Part shown: piece after piece, positions 27,578 to 43,021 of the stretch
Layout of the letters: each line of letters starts with the position of its first letter
How positions within the stretch are numbered: position 1 is the first letter of the stretch
Source: Flaccisagitta enflata
Taxonomy: Eukaryota
Assembly: GCA_965153355.1 (NCBI GenBank)
Contig: OZ231126.1
Coordinates: forward strand, 19,716,001 to 19,780,000
DNA: 64,000 nucleotides
Direction of reading: 5' to 3'
The notes under the pieces: model-generated
Database searches by the model: none
What the model was told of the DNA's origin: nothing
The model's input: the letters and a program-made list of their open reading frames with translations, nothing else
Program-made: the position numbers and the translations under genes

Positions 27578-30500
27578 TAACACCCAATAACATCAAACTT
27601 TATAAGCGACCTGTTCCTCCTTCTCTTCCTCTCTTCTTCTTCTTCTTCTTCTTCTTCTTCTTCTTCTTCTTCTTCTTCTTCTTCTTCTTCTTCTTCTCTT
27701 TCTCTTTCTCTCTTCTTCTTCTTCCTCTCCTTCTTCTCCTTATTCCTCTCTTCTACTTCTTCTTCTTCTCCCTCTTCCTATCCTTTCCTTCTTCTTCTCT
27801 TATCCTTATCTTTTCTCCTTCTTCTCCTCCTTCCTCTCTTATCCTTTTTTTCTTCTTCTTCTCCTTCTTCTCCTTCTTCTTCTTCTTCATCTTCTTCTGC
27901 TTCTTCTTCTTCTTCTTCTTCTTCTTCTTCTTCTTCTTCCTCTTTTTCTCCCTTTAATTGTTGTCGGTTGGTGTTATTCAACATCAAACATCGCGACAAA
28001 GATCCATATAAAAAGAATCAGTGCAGTCTAACTGATGAAAAAAATGGCGGCAAAATTTCTGAGGGTAGTAATGATGATAACGAGTGTGGTTTTAAATCTC
28101 GGTTTTGTCAAAAATTCACCATTTTCACTATTTCCAAACATTTTTCGTCGAGGAATTAAAAAATCAGGGTCTCAAGAGCGTGAGACAAGGTTTTGAGGAT
28201 CTTTTGAGAAAACGTAATGAATGAATAGATTAATTCGAGATGATTTTAACAGGAGTGAAGATTGGTGATGAATTTGATTGTTCTCCGCGGACTGTGGTTT
28301 TTACAACAGCATGGCAGACCGACAGACAAACATACGGACTGACGGACGGTTATAGACGGTTAAAAACGAACAAAATGAAGATAGTATTGATGATTAGAGA
28401 TCATATTAACCAAAGAAAAGAAAAAAAGAGATCCACCTTATGCACATGAGTCAATAAACGAAGCGATTCGAAAACCGAAGAATGAATCCAAGAGCGGTCA
28501 ATTTCTGCAGAATTTAAGTTAAATCTGTTCTCAATTCGATTACAGTCTAAAGATTCACGTTCGCGTTCATACGAAGGAGAAACCATTCGAATGCGACATC
28601 TCCGGATGTGACAAGGCTTTTAACACCCTCTACAGATTAAAAGCTCACAAGGTAAGTATCATTTTTTCTTTCTTTCTTTTCCGAAATGTCTTCCTCTTCG
28701 ATCTTCTCTCAAAATGGCTAGTCTTCCACTCTTCCACTCTTCCACTCTCGGCAACTTGTTTTCTAGTGTGAGACTTAAAATGCGGTCTTGAGGGAACATT
28801 GCCAGCGGTCTTGAGGTATGACTCCTATTTTAAAGAATCCCATCAACGAATTTCGCAGTGTGCCAACATTGCATGTTCTCCGCTTCATTAGATTAGTGTT
28901 ATAGATGTATTTTATATCTAATCTAGACCCGGTGATTTGTGAGTGAGTCAGGAGTTGTTGGTGAAGCCTGTCAAATTTAGAGCCGCATTGCTGTTTACGT
29001 GTTTATTTTTACTTGTATCACAGAGACTTCACACCGGACAAACGTTCAATTGCGATTTCTATCAGGAAAGGGGCTGCACAAAATATTTTACCACCCTTAG
29101 GTAAAACAAATAAAAAACATGTGGTGATCATTTTCGATCGATGTTCTAAATCGACTCAGTCTACTTATTACAAACACCAGAAAAATGTCAAAGTTTGGGC
29201 GTTGCGCAAGCAAGTCCTCACTCTCAGTGGTTAGTGCCTCTTTCAATGTTCTATTCATGCCGTCCCTTCTTTTCTGTTCTCTCTAGTGATTTGCGCAAGC
29301 ACGTCCGAACTCATACTGGCGAGCGCCCCTTCCGTTGTTTCTCGTCCGGATGCGAGAAGGCCTTTGCCGCATCTCATCATCTCAAAACTCACTCCAGGAC
29401 GCACACGGGGGAGAAACCATTCCGTTGTGACGTCAATGACTGCAAAAAGATGTTCAGTACTTCGTATAGGTGAGTGTTTAGCCGGAAGATGGTAACTGAT
29501 TTTGTACATGCAACATGTAATTAGGCAAAATACGTTGTTTTATAACGCAATGCTGATCTTGGAAAATGTTTTCCCCCTCATTTCTCTCTATCCAATAGTC
29601 TAAAATCACACACCGCGAAGCACGCTTCTGTCGCTGCGAGTTTCATTTCCGCGTCGTCGTTGGCACCAACTTCCTCGACGTCTCGAGTTATGGACGATGG
29701 TGAAACTGAGTCGCGCTTTCTCACTGCGGCTTTCGTGAAGTTGGAAGGAGTGACTCCTTATTCCTCGGTAGACTCTCTCCTCGTACCACTGCCACCCACA
29801 TCTACCCAATCCATCGGAGAGACAACGACCATGATGTCCGACGCCTTCATCTCCGTTTCAAGGGGGCCAAATACATACCCTAGTCAAGCTCACCTCATAA
29901 CCAGCGACCGCGTTGCTTCTGACGGAAGCGTCGCTATGGACCAATCGGCTTCAAATGGCGCTGCCTTATCCTCCACCGTGTCTATATTTCGCACTGCCCC
30001 TACTAATACTTCTTCCTCCGACTCCATCGCTGCCAACGCCAGTGCCTTACTAGTCAATCAGGACATTTCGCCGTTGCAGTGCCTCGCGGAAGTTGTCTCT
30101 ATGCAAGAGTCTCGAGAGCAACTTCACCAACAACGGAGGGAAGCTCAGCAACGACTTGAGCAACCTCAGCATCGACTAGAGCAACCTCAGCATCAGTCGG
30201 TCCCACGTCTTTGTTTTCAGGAAACTTCGTCTACCGGATTATCTCAGTTACAACCGAGCGAGCGAGAGATATTGTCACGAACCATTAATACACCAACTTT
30301 TATACCCTCTGAATCGCAGCAACCAATTCCAGCTTCTCCCCCGGAGTATTCCCTCGCCGTGGGAACGATAAGGGACTCCTCGAGCGAATCATTCCTTCCC
30401 GCTATTCGTATCGATGTTGCACCTCAGCCTCCTTCCTTTCCTCCTCAAGCAGCTCCTCCTCTTCCCACTCATCTTCCATCTCAGACTTTTGGCGCTGCCG

Positions 30501-31837
30501 AGTTTGTCTCCGAAGTTTCCTCATCTTCTTCCATGCCACTTTCTATCTCTAGTCTTTGCCTAGACGTCGATGGAATTGTCGGGAATTTGACCGACTCCAG
30601 CATAACCTTCAACAACCATCTTAATACTGTCGACCCCAACGTTGCCGGTAATCTTATTGAAAATTCCAGCTCGCAGAAAGAGGGTCTCTGCACTCAGGGC
30701 GACGAATTAGCCAGTTCAGTAAGCGGATCTCTCTTCAATCATAACAATGAAATTGTATCTAGTGTCTCGTCGGATTTCCATCGTCAACTTCCAGATACCT
30801 CACCCTCGGTTGTCTCTTCTGCTGCCGCTCCTCAGTCGAATGCGCTAGTTCTGGGAAAATGTGAAACTGATCATGGAGACTCGGAGGAGCCCTGTCTACT
30901 TACGCAACTGATTCAAGTTATGGAATATCAGGAGGTCATGGAAGTACAGGAAGAGAAAACAAAAGCTTCCTCTCGGGTTCATTCCTCCGATGCGCCATTT
31001 CCGATACCGTTGCCGAATTCTGACTCATTCATAACAACTGCCAGCGCCGGCATAGATCCTGAGGCTAGGCTGCAAGGTCAGTCCGCGTTGTGTGGAGATG
31101 ACCGGCCGTCGAAGCAACAACAGTCTCCGAGTTCATTGTTAACCTTAGCTCCGACCTCGACGTCTCGTCTTTGTCCCATCGTATCGGGCTTCTCATCTCC
31201 ACTCTCAAACGCTTCCGACTTACCCAACTCCGACTGCGTTTGTTTGGTAGGTCTTGAAGCCGAAGTCGATGACGTCGACGTCCCGGGAACTACTTCGGAC
31301 AAAAGCGACCAGTTGTCTCTCCACGTTTCCTCTTCCTCTTCTTCCTGCGGAAGCGATTCCAGCGTCACGTTCACCAACGTTTCCTCCTCTTCCGGCTTCG
31401 CATCATCCATCGTCATGATGGATGACAAGGATGACGGTGGCTATGATAGTATCAAAATCCATGAAGAATCTCTAGCTAACCGCTCTTTTGATCGCGAAAT
31501 CAGTTCCTTAATCAAAACTACAACTGCTTCAGCGCCCCTTTCCTTGTCCGCTAACCCTGGTGTTGTAATTTCCAGCGCCGCTAAAAAATCTACCACCGCG
31601 TCCGCTTCTTCCTCTTCCCATTCCGCTTCCCCTTCTGCCATTTGTCTGAATGACCCGATCGTTATAAAATCTGATCCATCGGATTCAATCTTCGCTTTGC
31701 CTTCGCGTAATGGTGAAACACTTTTGGTTTTACCGCCAGGCGTGCAAATATTTTGCGCCCAAGATACGGAGGTGCGGCAGATGACGGAAGAGGACGTCGC
31801 GAAACTCGATGGCGGTGTCAAGAAAGACAAGCTATGA
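24846..31837 (+). CDS. MTF1: Metal-responsive transcription factor 1 (six C2H2 zinc fingers + long S/T/P-rich tail)
   Basis: Exons 24846-24912, 25072-25327, 28546-28651, 29024-29100, 29287-29469, 29599-31837. [12 protein letters not shown] pre-finger motif; finger helices [60 protein letters not shown] match the MTF1 array. Confidence 0.9.
25766..26460. mobile_element. Foldback MITE TACAGGTTCGGATGG..CCATCCGAACCTGTA in MTF1 intron
   Basis: About 250-bp inverted arms, TA flanks. Confidence 0.85.
27206..27503. mobile_element. Small TIR element inserted in a (CA)n tract
   Basis: GGCTGGTTACCTG..CAGGTAGCCGCC and CTAACCATACA..TGTATGGTTAG inverted pairs. Confidence 0.55.
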
Positions 31838-32496
31838 TTTTAAGAGAAATGCGCGTTTCGGCATGTCTTCGTTTCTAAGCTGATTCAACACAGTTAATTT
31901 TTCTGAATCTCTAGCTGGATCTGGAATCGATTGAAAAAAAAAATCACTTTGGGAAAGGGATGGACTCTGTGATCGACTTTTGAGATTGGTTGAAGAAACT
32001 GGGTGTATACGTAGAGAATATTTGGGGATCGACTCTTTTACTGTTTGTCTTGATTGTGATGGTATTGGGGACGTTTCGCTCTTGATAATTGTGAATTCAA
32101 TGTGCCTCACTCTAGTCACTTTAGTTTACATTTACATTCAACTAACTGGGACTGTATTTTTAATTGGTCGTACCCTGATGTGCTACATCGCTGTCTATAA
32201 GTGATTAGTTGTGATCGATTTTGTCACGTGATTGGCTCCTTAGCCAGTCACATCGCCCCTACATTCTAACATGATTCTAATGCTTCTGGTTTTAAGGATT
32301 TGACCACTGACAAATGACTTTACAGCTCAATTGGCAGTCGACTAAATCCAGTTAGATGAGAAGACAAAATCAGATTAAGTTGGCTTAACCAATAATGGCG
32401 ACGCAGATTACAACATATCATTGGCCTAGTCTGTACTTGATGGAAAATAGTAGCAGATAGCGGGTAGTTTCTTTTGGAGAACCTGACAATATGTCG

Positions 32497-33966
32497 TATG
32501 ATCGTTAGACGTTCTGTTATGCCCCCATATTCTTAAGAGTTGCCGGGTTTGCGATAAAATTGGTACTTTATGGTATTAAAAAGCAATTTCAGGTCATGTT
32601 GAGGATTTTCTACCTTCCCTGGAGTAACGGTTTTGGATTTACTGTCATGGGTAAAGGTTGGTTGTTAGGAAAATGTCCAATTTTGGTAACTTTAGTCTCA
32701 AATTTTGGCCACTTCGCATTTGCAAATTAAGTTAAAATCCATGAGATTATTAAACTAGAGCTCAAGAACTAACCAGTGGCGCAATCGGCATGTTTCCATC
32801 TTTATTTGTTCAGATTTGAGAGAGTTTTAAAGATAGGGTTTGAAAGGTTTTTTTTTTTTACAGCATGAAATCTGGTGGAAATTTGGACATTTTTCACATT
32901 TTTCACTATATCGCAGCTTTGGATAGACCAATCTTTAAAAAATTGGTGACCAAATTGAAGAGTTTTTGATGCTCTAACTGATTCTGGAAAAATTTTTGAT
33001 CGATATGGCCTCAAGAAAATTTTATCTACTCTCAAAGCATGTCATTCAGGTTATTTTAATTGAAAAATTGGGCCACTTCTAAATTGAAAAATGACTTAAA
33101 ATTCATGAGCAAATCAAACTACTGATCAAGAGATAATCAGTGGTGCAATCGGCATGTCAAGACAATTCTGCGTCTAGATTTGACAAAACTACAAAGTTGA
33201 AAGGGTATGATGAAAAAATAACCCTCATACCCCTTCATCTTTGAAAGACTCTAAAATCTAAAAAAACAATTATAGATATATGCTGATTGCACCACTGATT
33301 AGCTCTTGAGCACTGAGCAGTAGTTTGATTTGCTCATGAATTTTAAGTCAGTTTTCAGTTTGGAAGTGGCTCAATTTTTCAAATATAAATAACCTAAATG
33401 ACATTAAAATTTGATATTTTTCTCATGCTTTGAGAGTAAATAAAATTTTTTTGAGGCCATATCAATCAAAAATTTTTCCAGAATCAGCTAGAGCAAAAAA
33501 AAAAACTCTTCAATTTGGTCACCAATTTTTTAAAGATTGCTCTATCCAAAGCTGCGATATAGCAAAAAACATGGAGAATGTCCAAATTTCCTCCAGATTT
33601 CATGCTGCAAAAGAACCTATTAAGCTCTATTTTTAAAACTCTCTTAAACCTGAACAAATAAAGATGGAAACATGCGGATTGCACTACTGGTTAGTTCTTG
33701 AGCTCTAGTTTAAAAATCTCATGGATTTTAAGTTAATTTTCAAAGGCGAAGTGGCCAAAATCTGAGGCCAAAGTGACCAAAATTGGACTTTTTCCCAACA
33801 ACCACCCTCTACCCATGATGGCAAATCCAAAACCGTTACTCCAGAGAAGGTAGAAAATCCTTAATAAGACCTGAAATTGCTTTTTAATACCATAGAGTAC
33901 CAATTTTATCGCGAACCCGGCATCTCCCATGAATATGAGGGCATAACAGAATGTCTGATGATCGTA
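32497..33966. mobile_element. 1.47-kb foldback element (near-complete palindrome) between MTF1 and the next gene
   Basis: Arms match in inverse orientation over about 700 bp (e.g. GCGATAAAATTGGTAC / GTACCAATTTTATCGC). Confidence 0.85.
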
Positions 33967-35496
33967 TCCTGGACTGATCTCTATTTAGCTTGCTAGTTCA
34001 GCAAGATTTAGGTTTCTCGTTTCTGTATGAACTTTCCTAGTTTGACATGACGTCGCCGGTCGATCGCACGACAGAGTTCAAGCTGGAAGTAATCAAGAGC
34101 TTCCAGTCTCTAGCTCTAAATGATGGTCTTTTGGAAAAATCGTAATCTGACGTCGATTCTCGACTCGCCGATTTGGTCAGTGGACACACGTTTGTAATTG
34201 GCATTTGATCTAAAATTCCTCAACTTCACCCTCATTAGTGAGTTGATCGTTTTATTTTCTATCGTTGTGCATTATGTATCTCAACATTTTTCTCCATCTT
34301 AATCCACCGGCGTTGGTCAGCTCTCTGGCTCTGCCAATGGAATTTGTGACGAATCTTTCCCCGATGTTTTCCACGCGCGCGTGGATCTTCGTAACGACGA
34401 AGAATGGGCGCAAATAAGCCGGGAATCTCATCGAGTTAGTCCAAAACCTTTACATGACCGTTAGTGAGGTCGGGTCGCGATGTGCTACTGCATATCATAC
34501 GAGCGTGACACTGACAGCTGTGATCTGCGGTCTGAAAATGAATTCTACACTGCGGCGCTTGTTAAACTGACCAATTCATTGTAAAAATCAAATATATTTG
34601 GTCAATTAGAATAACAGTAATTATTGATGTGTATTTTGAGAGAGAAATATTGGTTTGGGCTATAAACTACTAGATTCTACTAGAACTACTGGTGACGCGG
34701 GGTCACTATGTCGTTGCGGACATGTGGGCAGGAGTATGCAACCCCAGCCTCATCCCAACCCCCTTCCTCTCCTACACACTCACTCTTACAGTCTTCACTA
34801 TGGCAAAAATAAAAAAGACAGTGATTTTCAAAGTGGCACTACCAGCCCATTTTTAGTCGTGTGAACGCGACTCTACACCTTGCTCTGTCGGTCTGTCCGT
34901 CGGTCCGTCGGTCCGTCCGTAACATTTTTAAAATTTTGATAGTTTTAACATTTTCAACATTTTTAGTTGCGGACACGCAACTCTATAAGAGGCTTTGTCC
35001 GTCTGTCGGTTGGTTGGTCCGTTGGTTGGTCGGTCCATCACGCTCGAGTTGAAAACGCGAGAAACGCGCAATTTACAATTCTGTAGTTGTCATTGGATGT
35101 GTGTGGGCGAATGGTAGTGTGTGGGAAGGGGGTTGGAGTGAGGCTGGGGGTCGGCTGCCCCTGCCCACCCATCCGCAACTGTATTGTGACCCCCGCATCA
35201 CTTGTTTAACATATTTCAACATTCTTTAACATTTTTAAACATTTTTTAACATTTTACCTTTTTTAACCTTTTTTAACCTTTTTAAATCCTTTTAGCATTT
35301 TTTAACATTCTTTAACATTTTTCGACATTTTTTAACATTTTTCAACTTTTTTAATATTTTTCAACATATTCTAACATTCTTTAATAGTTTTAAACATTTT
35401 TTAACATTCTTAACACTTAAACATGTTTTTGCTCTTTTGTTTGTCATTTCCAGACACACGCGACTGTTGCCCTCTTGGGCTTGTTTAGAATAACTT

Positions 35497-35957
35497 CAAA
35501 TCCTTTTAGGTGGTAGTAGTATGACAAATTTGTGACTCAGCAAAAAAATCAGAACTCAAAAAAGTTGAATTTTGTGGCTCTAGCAATTTTTGCATAATCA
35601 AATGATGATTCGCCAATGGCGCATGATTTTCACTTGACATACAATTGTAACTGCAAGCTAATTTTTTAAGCAGCCTTAAAAATCTTCTCAGGCGTTCATA
35701 GTATGTTGATTTTGTGACTCAGCAAAAAAATCAGAACTCAAAAAAGTTCATTTTTGTACCTGTAGCATCAATTTTTGTAAAAGTTGTTAGAATGAATTTT
35801 CTAAAAGTTGTAAATATGGAGTTTTTATCCTTCTTTAATTTCTGATGTTTTTTCACAAAAAATGATGCTACGGGCTCAAAAATTAACTTTTTTGAGTTCT
35901 GATTTTTTTGCTGAGTAGGTAATTTGATTAACTATTACTCCCTAAAAGGATTTTAAG
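35497..35957. mobile_element. TIR element with repeated CTCAGCAAAAAAATCAGAACTC motif
   Basis: AAATCCTTTTAGG..CCTAAAAGGATTT ends; internal motif twice direct and once inverted. Confidence 0.6.
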
Positions 35958-36889
35958 CAGATCAAAAAAATGAATGCGTAGGAATATATTGAAATTACTG
36001 TCTTTTTTTTCTTTGCCATAGTTACACATTATAATAACAACTGCAGCATCATCAATGGGCGTTTTTCGCATTTTCAACTTCAGCATGATGGAATGGCAGA
36101 CACACCAACAGATGGACATGGTCTCTTATAGTTACGTGTCCGCAACTAAAAATATATCAGGAATGTGAGTTGGGTATGGTTAGAGATTAAGGAAGTGCAA
36201 AACCATTCTGATTGCATGAATTGTAGTATAATTTTGATTTTCTAAAAATATAGTTATTGAACTATTAGATGGAATTTTTCATTGAAGAAATGGATCATTT
36301 ATTAATCCATTGAGTATATCAGAAAATTTCTTTCCAAAAATGACTGGGAAAATTGAAATTATTCTCATGAAAGTTGAAACAACATTGCCCTTACAAGCGG
36401 AGGCCAGAATTCTCCAGTTTACAAATGATCAAAGCCTTGCAAGCTTTCAATGGTGTTTACTCCGGATTGCTCACAACTATCCTTTAATAAATACTATAGA
36501 CAAACAAAATGTTTACCAGACAAAACTATTAGCTTGACTGCATACCTCATTAGTATAGGGTTGGGCAGGCTTATACCATTTAGTATACACAAAATCTCTT
36601 ACAAAAGTAACAATCAAAGATTACTAATCTACTGGTGGAAGTACTGACACTAGCAATATTGATTAGAAAACCATACCCTCATGCTATATTTGGTGCCTTG
36701 TCTTAAACGTCCTGCCAAATCTATTCAAATCAATCAATAATATATTTTGTTTGGTGGTATTTACTTCATTTTTTGGAAATCTTAAAAACGTTTTTAAAGA
36801 AATATTGATATTTTTATTATTGAAAGATCAGAGATTTAATGATACTGAATGAGTGTCCTGGTTTTATGTGCCGCACTGTAGAGTTGTAC

Positions 36890-37084
36890 AAAGACAACAA
36901 CAACCAACAACAACCGAAACAACAACAAAAACAACAACAAAAACAACAACAACAACCAACAACAACAACCAACAACAACAACCACAACAACAACCACAAC
37001 AACAACCACAACAACAACCACAACAACAACCACAACAACAACCACAACCACAACAACAACCACAACAACAACACAACAACAACC

Positions 37085-37166
<82 letters not shown>

Positions 37167-37362
37167 CGACAACAAAAACAACAACGACAACAAAAACAAC
37201 AATGACAACAAAAACAACAACGACAACAAAAACAACAACGACAACAAAAACAACAACGACAACAAAAACAACAACGACAACAAAAACAACAACGACAACC
37301 CAAACAACAACGACAACCCAAACAACAACAACAACCCAAACAACGACAAACAAACAACACCA
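36890..37362. repeat. Compound (CAA)n microsatellite in an intron
   Basis: Direct reading. Confidence 0.95.
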
Positions 37363-38598
37363 TATAAAGACTCTTTGCCATGAAATTTTTACCCATTCTA
37401 CTGTATCTTTTTGATTATCGTTATTTATTTTCGTGTTAGCCTTGAAATGTTGGTCTGCGTTTTCTTTCCTGTTGAATGTTTGCCGCGTATTTGTATGAAT
37501 CTGTCTTTTAAAGTTGACGAATTAACCAAACCTCATAGACTGTTTTCCGCGCTAGGTTGCCGACGCGATTTCATCGGCATCGAAGAAGCTCCCTCAAAGA
37601 CCCAACAATGTAACTTTGGGTCGCGGAGGAATGATTCCTGGTCCCACGCAGCCTGCCCAGGTGGGTGTTGCTCATGCTCGTGCTCGTTCCATCTCTCGGA
37701 ACAAGGGTGGTCATTCCACATCCGATCGCGTTCAAGCGGGTCTAGTCGCGCCCAAACGTAAGGAATCGACGCCGAGCCGTAATCAACCGAGCCTCCCGAC
37801 ACGACGCTCAGCCGCGTTCATTTTGGTCAGTTGACGCCATCACGTCCGCAGAGTACTCAGGCGACGGAAAAGCTGAACCAATCTGCCTTCGCTACGCCAT
37901 CTCGTGGCGCGCCCCGAGTCACTCGCCCGACTTCCGTAAGCACGCCTGTTAGAGGTTCATTCATGCCACTGGTAACATCAACGCCGTCGGCTTCCGGTAT
38001 GAATCGCCGATGTTCCTCTCTCGGAACATCCTCATCGTCAAAAAATCTCAGGCCTACTCTGATTGATGCGACGCCTCCGCGTGTCCGCTCTCCGTCTTCG
38101 CCGCGTTTGACGCCAAGGAGATCCGTAATCGACGCCGGCGCGGCGGCGCGCAAAGCGACCGCGGGCGCTTCGGCGGTATTGAAAGGTGTTGTTGCTATTA
38201 AGTCCAAAGTCGCGAAGGTCTCATCGCTTCCTACTATGGCCAGCCGACAGGGAACGTTCACCACGGATCCTAAGCCGCCGTTGGTTGCCGCTGATTCGGA
38301 GGTACCGGCGCTGTCCAAAGTGGAGCGTGTCCGTCGTCGCAAGGCATCTCTCTCCGATTTAAGAAAAACGTTCAAGTGACTTTAACATGAAACCATTTAT
38401 CATGTATTCGAGAATCTCTGATCTTACTTCGCCAAAGGTGCCTTTTACCGCGGCAGGGTCGTTTTACTCTTTTTTACTTTTTTCTCAAACAATGCCAGCT
38501 TGCCTGGTCGCTACACATCAACGCAGATTTACGCTGCGCTTTTATCGTTGATCATGTCTCTCGACTTTTTTGTATGGCCCAGTTTATCCTTGATTTAA

Positions 38599-40374
<1,776 letters not shown>

Positions 40375-40814
40375 CGAACGCCTTGGAGAAGCACCAACAA
40401 TGTGAAAAACTACAACAACGCCATCCGAGAACTTTTTCCATCCCGACATTTTTCTGAGTTTCACAATTTATTCATTACACGCGTACTCTTTTAAATACTC
40501 AACTTGATGTTTAGAGGTTGTACTGAAAAATTAGATGAAAGCGGCTTTCTACTCCCGATTGTTAACAAAATTTGTTTTTTAGTCTTTATCACATGAAAAA
40601 AAAAAAAACTAACAAACGGAGACCCTTCCATCGAATAGTAAGAACTATATTTGACGTTAACTTCAATTTAACCGGTTAAACGAGTGATTGTTACACGATG
40701 GAGTGCCAAGAGAGAGTTCATTTCCAGACGATCTCTTCGCACGGCTGTTGCTCTGCTTTACTGCAAATTGGCCCTTGAATCCTATGACGGTCTATTGGCT
40801 CAAGTATCCGATCG

Positions 40815-42664
40815 ATGGCGCGATTGGCGTCAGGCGGAAGTGACGTCATCAGCCGATGTCTTCGATCGCGAGCGCGTCAAGATCGCGACGATTTGGCCAA
40901 CAGTGGGGAAATTATTCGCGGCGGATCGGGAATGGGACCAGGTGAGGTTTGTGCTGATTCATTGTCAGGGCTGGTGATAAAATGTAAAACTCATATTGTT
41001 TGACATTAAACATATCTTGCCATGTTAGGTTTGCTTTGCCTTATCTCTCGTTCATTCTTAGGGCTGGTGGTAAATAGTAATTCTCAAATTGATTGACGTA
41101 AAAGTGATAAAACAAATCCTTTCACGTTAGCGTTGCTTTTGCTAATTTCTCGCTCGTTCTTCTTCTTTTATTTCTTAGATTCAAGTGAATACAAAGTGCT
41201 GTACAAAATTGGCGCTGGTTGCTTCGGGTCGATTTCATTGGGCATCCACACGCCCTCTTCTCTCCGTGTCGCCATCAGGCAAACTTCGTTGGAAAATCCT
41301 ACCAAGTATGTGGACAGACGCAATCCCTTCAGAGATTGAGTTTGGTGTCTGTACTCTGTAGATGTCGTAGAGGAGGAATACCCAAAAATGGCCTGTCAAA
41401 ATGTGTCATTAAGATGTGCCGATTTTGCACACCTGACGTGTAGCAGAAGAGCTACCGCACCAATTTACAGACAATTAATTTGTGCAATGGTACATATTGT
41501 TAGAGAATTGGAAGATTCAATTCAATTGTGATTGTGATTGCGTTAACAAAGCGACCCGTTCATTTCTCAGAGAGACGCTGGAAGATGTCGATCTCGTCTC
41601 CCGCGAAATTCGCGTTTGCCGACTTCTTCGCCATCCGGACATCATTCGGTACTCGGCCACATTCATTCGAGACGATGCTGTCTGGGCTGTTACCGAATTG
41701 ATGACTCATAGTAAGTGGGAGAGGAATGCCGTTTTCTGTTGGCCGTTTTCTGTTGGCCTCCAACGGTTTCGTGGGGTGGGGGGGACTTTGGGGGTACACG
41801 TTGTGTTACTACAAGTTACAAGTTGTTAGAGTGGAGGACTTGTCTGTAAGCAGCGTTCAGTTGCTTCGATAAGTTAACGACTAACCTTGTAGAATGTTGA
41901 TAGGTGTTGTCTGTGAGCCGCGTTTTCTGTGTGACACGTCGTTTTAACGTTGCCTGATGTTATGGATTCAGGATCTGCTCGCGATATTTTGACGTCTGTT
42001 TATCCCTCGGGACTTCCGGAATTGGTTATCCGCGCCATCTTGCGTCCGGTTCTGTCGGCCGTCGATTACTTGCATTCCCGCGCCGGCATCATCCATCGCT
42101 CCATCGCCGCACATCACATTTTGCTCGGCCTTTGCCAGGCCACCGACGCTCCACTCGTCAAACTTAGCGGTAGGAGAAATTTGCGTCCTAATCGTCTTTG
42201 CAATAAAGAGAAATATCTGGAAGGGACCAAAGATACATATCTTTTACAGGCGAATTTCCGTTACTCTTGGATCCGTTATAGCGAGGTTTAACTGTTTGTA
42301 AAACTGGCCGAATCGTGAACTGCCGGCTGCTGAATGCATATCTCCGTGGAGATACCATTTTGACCGTCACTGAAATGATCTTCACAAGCTAGCTAAGCTG
42401 TGATTAACAACCAGTACTTACCATTATTTAACATGAACTTTAGGTTTTCACTACTCCATATGCGCCGTTGACGATGGTCGCGTCCTACGGAAGCTCCACC
42501 AATTCCCTCCACACTCGTCGCAGATTTTGTTTTGGTTAGCGCCGGAAGTGCTGCGTCAAAACGTCCGCGGCTACAACGCCAAAAGTGACGTCTACAGTCT
42601 CGGCATAGCCGCCTGCGAATTGGCCAATGGAGAGGTGCCTTTCGAAAATATGGCGACCACGCAG
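40815..42664 (+). CDS. STRAD: STE20-related kinase adaptor (STRAD pseudokinase), 3' exons not found in window
   Basis: Exons 40815-40941, 41179-41305, 41571-41710, 41972-42169, 42444-42664. Pseudokinase substitutions VAIR, HRSIAAHHILL, KLSGF in place of DFG, plus WLAPEVLRQNVRGYNAKSDVYSLGIAACELANG. Confidence 0.88.
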
Positions 42665-43021
42665 GTGTGTTATATGTTTTGCGTAATTTGGATTATAATT
42701 ACATCAGTCTTCAGAGTTTGGGGTTGACTCAGAGTAACTTGATGGATTTGTATCTGTTAAGCCGCTCTGTGGTAGGGGCTGAGGTGTATTTTGATAATTC
42801 TAAGGATAGTGGTGAAGGGTGCGCAGTAAACCCCAGTAAGAGCTCCTAAGGCTCTTGTCCTTATTCTAGTTTTTTGGTTGCGGTGTAATGTTGTCCTACT
42901 TATATAAGCGCCATTGTCAAAATGGGTGCTCCTGACTTGACATGTTTACCATGCATCAATAACCTTTAGTCGCCAGTAAATCAGCGTACTTTTATGTCCC
43001 AGATTTTGCTGTTTTTCTTTT

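Larger units (their letters stand above)
34047..38379 (+). pseudogene. GTSE1/PSRC1-like S/T/P/R-rich protein gene with an in-frame TAA and a later frame break (pseudogene, null allele or assembly error)
   Basis: Phase-0 exons 34047-34175, 34321-34434 and 37556 onward give DEEWAQISRESHR|VADAISSAS, resembling the GTSE1/PSRC1 N-terminal helix, then a basic TP/SP-rich tail. TAA at 34143-34145; frame change between about 37780 and 37830. Confidence 0.45.

Noticed and set aside
36817-37414. Poly-Q/N/T/V/C ORFs in several frames
   Set aside because: Translations of a (CAA)n microsatellite; the same applies to (CT)n, (CA)n and (TTC)n ORFs elsewhere.
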